A DNA stretch of 32,000 bases from Candidatus Electrothrix sp. GW3-4 (GTDB lineage: Bacteria > Desulfobacterota > Desulfobulbia > Desulfobulbales > Desulfobulbaceae). Within the stretch, counting starts at the first letter, position 1; the number at the start of each line of letters is the position of its first letter. The notes beneath the pieces are model-generated. The model saw nothing but the letters and a program-made list of their open reading frames with translations, searched no databases and was not told the origin of the DNA. The stretch is from positions 4,380,001 to 4,412,000 of the forward strand of contig NZ_CP147990.1 of assembly GCF_037902255.1 (NCBI RefSeq), read 5' to 3'. Below are positions 18,338 through 24,932 of this stretch, piece by piece. Position numbers and translations under genes: made by a program.

Positions 18338-18361
18338 GGAAGCAGGGGCGACCCTGCCTCC
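18338..18361. terminator. GC-rich hairpin between convergent genes (possible bidirectional terminator)
   Basis: ggaagcaggg-gcga-ccctgcctcc forms a 10-bp stem with one mismatch. It lies between the stop at 18309 (+) and the stop at 18383 (-). There are no flanking T-runs. Confidence 0.45.
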
Positions 18362-18382
18362 TTGAGGCGGGAATAACTTAGG

Positions 18383-19096
18383 CTACTGGATCTTGACCTC
18401 TTTTACCACCGGTTTCGGCATATCCTTTCTCGGCATGGTCACGGTCAGCACCCCCTGTTGAAAGCTCGCCTTGATCCCCTCCTGGTCAGCGTCTTCCGGT
18501 AAGGAGAGCACACGCTGAAAAGAACCGTAAAAGCGTTCCTGCCGGTAATAGTCCTTGTCCTCTTCCTTTTTCTCCTGCTTCTTCTCACCGCTGATGGTCA
18601 TGACATTATTGGCCACTTCGATCTTGATATCGTCTTTTTCCGCGCCAGGGACCTCGACGGTGATGGTGTATTCCTTGTCATTTGCAGCGAGATCTGTAAC
18701 CGGTCGGAACATCCCGCCGGAAGTATGCTGAAACGGCCTGTCCATATCAAACGCGGAAAATCCGAAATCGCGGAAGGTCTGGTCAAAGAGCCGATTAATA
18801 TCGCGATGAAAATCCCGCAAGGGACCAGCAAGTTCATCCTGGTCTTCTTTACCGTCTTTCCGTTGAATAGGCACCTTGTTGCCGCTTTTCTCTTCCTCTT
18901 TGCTGAACCAGTTCCAGGGAGACCAATTTTTCTCCTCTGCCTTCTGGTCCGGCTTGGTGTTTTTCTGTTCTTTGGTGATCACGTCTGGAGAATTTGCCGA
19001 CTCGGCGGCATAACTCAGCGGCGTTATTGATGAGATGAGTGTCAGTGCTGTTATTCCTGTCAATACCCATGCCTTTGTTTGCATTCGCCCATTCAT
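18383..19096 (-). CDS. Hsp20/alpha-crystallin family protein with an N-terminal signal peptide (predicted periplasmic small heat-shock protein)
   Basis: The RBS is GGAGG, 7 nt upstream of the ATG. The N-terminus MNGRMQTKAWVLTGITALTLISSITPLSYAAE has a basic n-region, a hydrophobic core and an A-x-A-like site. The C-terminal alpha-crystallin domain is FRPVTDLAANDKEYTITVEVPGAEKDDIKIEV...ISGEK...ERFYGSFQRVLSLPEDAD...GVLTVTMPRK. Confidence 0.85.
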   Translation of the reverse strand: MNGRMQTKAWVLTGITALTLISSITPLSYAAESANSPDVITKEQKNTKPDQKAEEKNWSPWNWFSKEEEKSGNKVPIQRKDGKEDQDELAGPLRDFHRDINRLFDQTFRDFGFSAFDMDRPFQHTSGGMFRPVTDLAANDKEYTITVEVPGAEKDDIKIEVANNVMTISGEKKQEKKEEDKDYYRQERFYGSFQRVLSLPEDADQEGIKASFQQGVLTVTMPRKDMPKPVVKEVKIQ

Positions 19097-19139
19097 TGCT
19101 GTACCTCCAGAATAAAAAAAGAGTTATAAAATAAAAGAG

Positions 19140-19169
19140 GTAAGGGGTTTCGTAAAATCCCTTGCCAAG
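19140..19169 (-). promoter_or_regulatory. Sigma-32 (RpoH)-like heat-shock promoter candidate for the 18383..19096 sHSP gene
   Basis: The minus strand reads CTTGGCA-N15-CCCCTTAC, compared with the E. coli consensus CTTGAAA-N13-17-CCCCATNT. It lies about 45 nt upstream of the ATG. The call rests on consensus similarity only. Confidence 0.35.
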
Positions 19170-19216
19170 GCCTCCTGTGCGTGAGCACGGTGTCTATGTT
19201 TAAATGGTTTTGCTCT

Positions 19217-19339
19217 CTATCGGAGATCAGGTTGATCGCCTTGCTGACAGCTCGCCTGCATGCCGTCCTGGTCCGCACCTTCCGGCAGAGAGACTATCTG
19301 CTGCAACGAACCGTCAAAACCTTCCTGCCCGATACGCTG
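19217..19339 (-). pseudogene. Ghost of the 3' end of an hsp20 paralog
   Basis: The minus-strand translation QRIGQEGFDGSLQQIVSLPEGADQDGMQASCQQGDQPDLR* parallels YRQERFYGSFQRVLSLPEDADQEGIKASFQQGVLTVTM of the 18383..19096 gene. Nucleotide identity to 18455-18545 is about 70% by eye. It has no N-terminal part or start, and it begins immediately after the stop of the 19341..19778 gene. Confidence 0.65.
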
Positions 19340-19340
19340 T

Positions 19341-19778
19341 TCAGTTGACCTTCACCTCAATCTGCTTGGGTTTGGCCTGCTCCATCTTGGTCAGGGTCAG
19401 GCTGAGTACCCCGTTTTTACAGGCCGCCTCGACCTTATCCACATCCACATCCTGGGGCAGGGTGAAGGTTCTGATAAAGGTACCGTATCTGCACTCGTTT
19501 CTGTGGACCTTTTTGTCCTTATCATCACCCTTCTTTTCCCCTTTGATGGTCAGAATACGGTTGTCGATACCAACCTGGACATCATCTTTTTCCACTCCAG
19601 GGAGTTCAACCTTTAAAACAAATTCGTTGTCTGTTTCAAGGATATCGACGACAGGTGCCCAGTCGCCAGTTTCAACAGATTCGTTGTCTTCAGCGGTTGA
19701 TTTTCTTCTTGCGGGCATTGTGTAGGTGTTCAACAATGCCTCCATCTCACGAAAAGGATCCCAAATACTGACGTTCAT
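19341..19778 (-). CDS. Hsp20/alpha-crystallin family small heat-shock protein (cytoplasmic type)
   Basis: The RBS is AAGGAGGG upstream of ATG 19778. The domain reads WAPVVDILETDNEFVLKVELPGVEKDDVQVGIDNRILTIKGEKK...RYGTFIRTFTLPQDVDVDKVEAACKNGVLSLTL. There is no signal peptide. Confidence 0.92.
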   Translation of the reverse strand: MNVSIWDPFREMEALLNTYTMPARRKSTAEDNESVETGDWAPVVDILETDNEFVLKVELPGVEKDDVQVGIDNRILTIKGEKKGDDKDKKVHRNECRYGTFIRTFTLPQDVDVDKVEAACKNGVLSLTLTKMEQAKPKQIEVKVN

Positions 19779-20264
19779 AATACCCTCCTTGGTCGTTTGT
19801 TGAAGAATAATATACTGTCTCTGCTTGAGTCGCTTATCCTTATTGAGTATTTTTTTGTTGTTTATGTTTCCTTTACTCTAAAGGATAAAGCATCTTTTCC
19901 TTCTTTCTTGTCGATAACCTCTCATGTTAAAAAATGCATGTATCACTCCTTACGATATTTCTCTTTGTTAGGCATGATAAACTATATTTTCCTGTTTGGT
20001 TGAATAAATAATTATGATGGGAGATGTCGTCAAGGGCATAAAAGTAAAAAAAGGAATAATGCCATCACAAAATATATCATGGGAGAGGAAAGAAGGTCGT
20101 ATGGGGCGGTGGTTCGAACGGGGGTGCAGAATGGAGGGGCCGTCGCCGGATTGCTGCTCTTATGCTTGTGAAGGAAGGGAGAGAAGGGCAGCGGATGGGC
20201 TATACCCCATGCCGGTACCATACCGGAATGACGCAGCTTGGTTAAAGTAGCAGGCTCTGTTCGT

Positions 20265-20287
20265 CCCCCTGCCGTCCCGGCAGGGGG
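20265..20287. terminator. Strong 10-bp GC hairpin downstream of the minus-strand OMP gene
   Basis: ccccctgccg-tcc-cggcaggggg is a perfect stem, 35 nt beyond the stop at 20322. No U-run follows on either strand. Confidence 0.45.
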
Positions 20288-20321
20288 AAAGATGTGTCGA
20301 ACAATCATCTTGGCCAAGAGA

Positions 20322-21014
20322 TCAAAACAAGAGGGCAAAGTTGAGAAAGAAGCTTTCGGTAGATCCTTCAAGATCTTCTTCAGAATAGGTGATATATCGG
20401 TCGTATGTATAGTAATAGTTTAGACTTGCCGTACCTTTTGTTTCGAGAACCCGAAAACCAATGGATGAAGAAAAGGTCATATATGGATTGACCTTGAAAT
20501 TTATACCTGTCACGATCCCTAATCCATATTGGACAAAATCGTACTCTACATCGTAGGGATAACCATATTCATCGAAAACCGTATCGCCTTCGCCGCTGTG
20601 GGCACTGAGATGGAGCAATGGGCCCAGCCACCAACGGAAAGAGGGGGCTTGGACTAAGGAAAAGGCAAAGATGTTTTCCATAGTGATTCCGACTAAATCG
20701 AGGTCGTTGTTGAACTCGTCCTCAAGTTCCTTGCCTTCAAGCCCGATATTCAGGCGGTAGTTGAAGAATGATGGAACGGTAGGGTTGGCAGGAGCGGTAT
20801 CCAGGACAAAGCCTACGGCTGCGGTATTCATGTCGATATCAAACTCCTCGCCGGAACGATCCCATTCCAGGGTTCCTGAGCCAGTGGATATATCAAGATA
20901 GGGGCCCATGGAGAGGGCCTCGGCGCGAGGAATGAAGGTTCCCCAAAAAGCTGTGAGCATCATTGCGATGAAGAATATTTTTGGTAGGGATAATGCTTTA
21001 CTCAATCGGGCCAT
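20322..21014 (-). CDS. Small outer-membrane beta-barrel protein
   Basis: The signal peptide is MARLSKALSLPKIFFIAMMLTAFWGTFIPRAEA|L. Aromatic and polar residues alternate in strand-like segments. The C-terminus FFLNFALLF ends in Phe. Confidence 0.7.
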   Translation of the reverse strand: MARLSKALSLPKIFFIAMMLTAFWGTFIPRAEALSMGPYLDISTGSGTLEWDRSGEEFDIDMNTAAVGFVLDTAPANPTVPSFFNYRLNIGLEGKELEDEFNNDLDLVGITMENIFAFSLVQAPSFRWWLGPLLHLSAHSGEGDTVFDEYGYPYDVEYDFVQYGLGIVTGINFKVNPYMTFSSSIGFRVLETKGTASLNYYYTYDRYITYSEEDLEGSTESFFLNFALLF

Positions 21015-21088
21015 TTTTCTCTCCTTGTTTCTTTATCGTTTATCGGTAAAAAAGAGGGGCTGTTGCCGCTCAACAGGGCTGGCTAAAT

Positions 21089-21319
21089 TCAATACAACTT
21101 CTTCGCGTCTTCCAGGTAGGTCTGAATAGTGTTGATATCATCTGCGGTTAGTTTAAATTCATAATCGCATCCGGTGCATTTTATGTGTTTGTCCGGGGTC
21201 AGCACCTCTGAAGGCATTTTGGTTACGGTTGAACAGTTGCCGCAGGTTATGACAAGTGCTGCGTTGAAATCATCATCTATTTCAAAGTCGATTTTGGGTG
21301 TTGCAGGTTGGTTTTCCAT
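21089..21319 (-). CDS. Small zinc-ribbon protein (CxxC...CxxC)
   Basis: The 76-aa product contains CGNC and CTGC 23 residues apart (ITCGNCSTVTKMP...HIKCTGCDYEF). The gene sits 44 nt downstream of the REC-TIR gene on the same strand. Confidence 0.6.
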   Translation of the reverse strand: MENQPATPKIDFEIDDDFNAALVITCGNCSTVTKMPSEVLTPDKHIKCTGCDYEFKLTADDINTIQTYLEDAKKLY

Positions 21320-21363
21320 TGAATATGCCTTTGGTTGAGATTGGGTCGTTTTTAAACGAGAGG

Positions 21364-22218
21364 TTAGAGGGATAAGATTTTTTTTATGGAAAAGCTGAGC
21401 GAGCGAATTTGATCAGCTCTCTTGTCTGCTGATGTAAGATCTACACAGTGCATGGAGCTGATTTGGCGAGGCACTTCTGTTGGTTGTATGTTATACAGAA
21501 CAGGGATAATGAAGAAGCTGTTGCCGTCGCGTTTTTTTCTGTTAAAGGCCTGGATAATTTCTTGCTTCATATAATCAGATCGCAGGGTATCCTGAGTGAG
21601 GATCAAAAGAAATATTTTGCAGGTATTGATTGCTTCCAGTAAGATAGGACGCCATATATCATCTGCTAACAACTCTGCGTTTTCACAGCTTGATCCTATA
21701 TTATTTTTCATAAACTCATCTCTTAAGAATGAAGCGAGTTTTTCGTTCGCAGATGAATGACTTATGAATATATCCCTCTCTTCTACTTTAATCTTTGCCA
21801 GTGGGGCGTTATTGTATTCTGAGATATTTCGGGCAATATTGACATGTCGTTTTACGGAAGAGAGAAATTTTTCTTCGGAAAAAGGTTTGATCAGATAGCT
21901 GTCCGCGCCTTTAGAGTAAAATTCTGCGAACTCATTTGGTGATAAGCGACCTGACATGATAATAACCTGTGTTCGCTTTCTCTCTCTTGTTAACAACTCC
22001 AGCAGCGCAACACTCTCTTCCTTTGTCCCGTCTTGTAAGTAGATGTCGAGTAAAACAAGATCGACTTCCCGTCCTTGCGAGGAAAAGGTGTCCAGGACGT
22101 TCTTTGCTTCTTCGGCAGAGGTAAAAAAATGAACGTCGAATGTCTTTGAATCAAAAAGCTTTTCAATAAGTTTATGGACGAATTTGCTATCGTCAACTAC
22201 AACGACTAAATATTTCAT
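21364..22218 (-). CDS. Response-regulator receiver (REC) domain fused to a TIR domain
   Basis: The REC has the acidic pair VVVVDDS (D9/D10), the phospho-acceptor LVLLDIY (D58, codon 22047-22045), IIMSG (S89) and LIKPF (K111). The TIR has DIFISHSSANEKLASFLRDEF, then KIFLLILTQDTLRSDYMKQEI. E220 (codon 21561-21559) aligns with the catalytic Glu of the W-x-x-x-E motif in RPS4 (WCVRE) and SARM1 (WVHKE). Confidence 0.8.
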   Translation of the reverse strand: MKYLVVVVDDSKFVHKLIEKLFDSKTFDVHFFTSAEEAKNVLDTFSSQGREVDLVLLDIYLQDGTKEESVALLELLTRERKRTQVIIMSGRLSPNEFAEFYSKGADSYLIKPFSEEKFLSSVKRHVNIARNISEYNNAPLAKIKVEERDIFISHSSANEKLASFLRDEFMKNNIGSSCENAELLADDIWRPILLEAINTCKIFLLILTQDTLRSDYMKQEIIQAFNRKKRDGNSFFIIPVLYNIQPTEVPRQISSMHCVDLTSADKRADQIRSLSFSIKKILSL

Positions 22219-22510
22219 CGACGCCTCACAAGTGTGGATTCTCCCCGTCTGTATACCTTTCGGATGCTTTTTGATATGCTCTTAAAAAGTTGACCCTTCT
22301 TACGCGTATATTGGTTTTTAAAGACTAAAATGCTGGCCTTGAAAAGTAAACAGAAAATCTTGTTTATGATGGGAAAAAGGGTGAATATTGAGGAGGGAGG
22401 GGAAAAATCTCGCTGAAAAGGTGCATGCTGGCTTTGATTCGGAATTGCTGAAATACAAAACCGGGCCATGCGCTCCCCTGGCACCGACCCGGCAAGAGAG
22501 AAGATATTTA

Positions 22511-23065
22511 TCAGTTACAGGTTAAATCACATGGTACACGTCGCTTAACGACTGCTCCGGTATATGTGTCTACTGTTTCATCATGGCAACCTTTTCCGGG
22601 AACAGAAACTCGTCTCAGAAGTTCGCCCGGTGCCACCCTGTTCTGGCATAATAATTTTCCAGCGTTATCATTGCAGGCTGGTCCGGTATCAGCATAGGCA
22701 AAGTGGAAAATTTCATTAAACGCGATTGGCTGAGAAAAGGTTTTTAGACCTACCCAACGAAACATGGCAGGAGATTTAGTTCTTTCAATCTTAAGCAAAA
22801 CGTCTCCTGATGCACAAACGATAGCTCCTACATGCATATCACTGCTGTTTTTAATAGAAAAAAAATTTCCTTTGCTACACTCATAATTTCTTTCCCATAA
22901 TTCGTTTTGCTCAATCGCCATTTGGGACGTACCAAACGGAGCACCAATTTTTTTTGAATGATAAAATTCCCAAAAAGTAGGAATTGAGCATGCAAGTGCA
23001 GTAAAAATAAGAGGATATATCAAGGATCGTAGGTGCCATTTTGTGGAAGTTTGTTCCGTTGCCAT
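22511..23065 (-). CDS. Hypothetical membrane-anchored or secreted Cys-containing protein
   Basis: I place the start at ATG 23065, behind AAGGAGGAG; the track's longer start at 23122 is less likely. The N-terminal hydrophobic helix is LRSLIYPLIFTALACSIPTFW. I recognise no family. Confidence 0.6.
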   Translation of the reverse strand: MATEQTSTKWHLRSLIYPLIFTALACSIPTFWEFYHSKKIGAPFGTSQMAIEQNELWERNYECSKGNFFSIKNSSDMHVGAIVCASGDVLLKIERTKSPAMFRWVGLKTFSQPIAFNEIFHFAYADTGPACNDNAGKLLCQNRVAPGELLRRVSVPGKGCHDETVDTYTGAVVKRRVPCDLTCN

Positions 23066-24131
23066 ACTGTTCTCCTCCTTACGTAAGTTTTCTTGTAGGT
23101 CAATCGCTCGGTGTAACGACAAGGTATGTCACTTTGCCTTTTATGATAGCAAAGAGTCATCTTTGAAATTATTGTCTTTTTTTATAAGCTATTGTAAGAG
23201 AAGGTAACTGGTGTTACGCTCTGTATTCGGGGCCATGAACAACGGGTCCCTGAGAAAATTCAATCCTTGTTCCACCTTTTGCTGATCTTTATACGTCTCT
23301 TGGGTAACAGGCGGCCAGCATTCTTTTAAAACCCAACGCCCATTTTTAAAAAAGAGAGGCCTATTTTGAAAAGGTGAGTGCCCGCTTTGTACCGTAGCAT
23401 GATAGGTTGCTTTGTTGAACAGGCTGATGTCTATTGTAGACTTGCCTAGAATATATAGAACATGCTCCTGTAAACGTAGTCAATCGAAAAAACATTATAT
23501 CAGGGTGTTAAGAATGATTCAGATTCCCAGGATTCCTGAATTTCATTGCGAGGCAAGCAAAGAAATTCGTTCTTTGGCCCCAAAAAAACGTTTAGAGGAA
23601 AGTGCTCGGCGAGGTCGATTGTTTCCCGCTTTTTTTGGGGACATGCCTGGCAATGGGCATTAACGCCGCATCGAAACAGCGGAAAAGAGCGTGCCATGGG
23701 GTACGACGAGTAAGAAAATGACGAAAATACAATGGGAAACGGCTTGTCGGCAAGGGGTGGGAATTCTATAAAAAGCGCTCCCCCCCGGCCTGCGGCCGGG
23801 ACCAAACTTCCAAATAACAACAATATAAATGTGTTGTTACTTAGAAGGATAACCAGCAGGCAGTGATCCTCTATTATTGCTCTCGTAAATTTGACAGCAG
23901 TAATTTTGAGGCCTATTATTGGAGGGGTATGGCCTTTGTTTCGCTGCAAGAGAATGGATTCGCCGTATCTGATATGAAGTAAGGGTATGGAGAGCGCTAT
24001 GAGAGATCTGCCCAGAGGGCCTGCGACCTGGGGGGGAGGATGCCTGCAAGCAGTATCGTAAGATGAAGAGATGAGGTCACTGGGCCAGACGATTTTTTCA
24101 CAGCCCTTTGCATTGAATATGTTTTCTTTGT

Positions 24132-24932
24132 ATGACAAGACGATCAGAAAGAAAGATCCCAGCTGATACTGTTACGGACCCAGAGGATGTCCCGGCCCTC
24201 TTGGCCCGTTCCCTGTGCAAGCAGTATAAAGGTACTGAACACCCTGCCTTGGATAATCTCGACCTGGAGGTAGAAAAAGGAGAGTTCTTTGGCCTGCTCG
24301 GTCCCAACGGGGCCGGAAAAACAACAGCTCTGTCCATCTTCAGCGGTCTCTTTCCCCCGGACAGCGGCACCCTTCAGATTGCAGGTAAACAGTTTGGCAA
24401 TCAGAACAAGGCAATTAAACAGCGCTTCGGTCTTGTGCCCCAGGAAATCGCCCTGTATGATAACCTGACCGCGCAGGAGCATCTGGTCTTTTTCGGCAGA
24501 CTACACGGACTGAGTAGGGAACGACTGTGCAAGCAGGTGGCCAGCTGTCTGGAGCTTGCGGGCTTAGTTGATCGGGCCTCCTGGCTGGTGAACACCTATT
24601 CCGGCGGCATGAAACGGCGCCTGAACATCGCTGCAGCCCTGCTTCATGAACCAGAGATCCTGTTTCTTGATGAACCCACCGTCGGTGTTGACGCCCAATC
24701 ACGCAATATGATCCATGAACAGTTACAAGCGGCCAATCAGGGTGGGACAACGATTATCTATACCAGCCATTCCATGGACGAGGCCCAAAAACTCTGCACC
24801 CGTATCGGTATTATCGATCAGGGAAGGATTATCAGGCAGGGGGTACCCACAGACCTGATTGCGGAGAAAGGCCTCAATAATCTGGAAGAACTCTTCCTCC
24901 AGTTGACGGGCAGGCAGCTGCGGGACGCATGA
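24132..24932 (+). CDS. ABC transporter ATP-binding protein (ABC-2/DrrA-like subfamily)
   Basis: The motifs are Walker A GPNGAGKTT, signature YSGGMKRRL, Walker B ILFLDEPT and an H-loop TSHSMDE. The ATGA overlap at 24929-24932 joins it to the permease gene. Confidence 0.92.
   Translation: MTRRSERKIPADTVTDPEDVPALLARSLCKQYKGTEHPALDNLDLEVEKGEFFGLLGPNGAGKTTALSIFSGLFPPDSGTLQIAGKQFGNQNKAIKQRFGLVPQEIALYDNLTAQEHLVFFGRLHGLSRERLCKQVASCLELAGLVDRASWLVNTYSGGMKRRLNIAAALLHEPEILFLDEPTVGVDAQSRNMIHEQLQAANQGGTTIIYTSHSMDEAQKLCTRIGIIDQGRIIRQGVPTDLIAEKGLNNLEELFLQLTGRQLRDA

Noticed and set aside
19204-19725. A 173-aa plus-strand ORF opposite the cytoplasmic hsp20 and the hsp20 ghost
   Set aside because: It is antisense to a clear Hsp20 gene. 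Its translation is Ser/Leu/Pro/Thr-rich and shows no motifs.
20105-20127. A tRNA T-loop-like string, GGTGGTTCGAACGGGGG, considered as a possible tRNA or tmRNA fragment or att site
   Set aside because: The flanks do not form a T-stem. No acceptor, anticodon or D-arm could be built by eye. It is probably a coincidental GTTCGAA.
20014-20371. Short ORFs on both strands (78 aa plus, 113 aa minus) downstream of the OMP gene
   Set aside because: They have no RBS, and one overlaps the OMP gene's 3' end. The region is better described as hairpin-rich 3' UTR or intergenic sequence (ccggta-cca-taccgg and the 10-bp GC hairpin).
22479-22494. A sigma-54-like element, TGGCAC-N5-CGGCA (GG-N10-GC spacing), on the plus strand
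   Set aside because: No plus-strand gene lies downstream, since it points into the 3' end of a minus-strand gene. The -12 element also deviates from TTGC.
23730-23815. Cobalamin-riboswitch-like fragments (AATGGGAAACGG ... GGTGGGAATTC ... GCCGGGACC) upstream of the operon that contains the B12-dependent rSAM
   Set aside because: The order of elements is only loosely similar. I could not find the conserved B12 box or the CCCGC..ACTG core. The distance to the first gene is about 330 nt. A covariance-model scan is needed, so no feature is claimed.
23500-24138. A 212-aa minus-strand ORF in the gene-poor region
   Set aside because: It starts at a TTG that overlaps the ABC ATPase start codon. It has no ATG for 146 codons and no RBS. 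Its composition (Pro/Cys/His/Ser-rich, no domain motifs) does not look protein-like.
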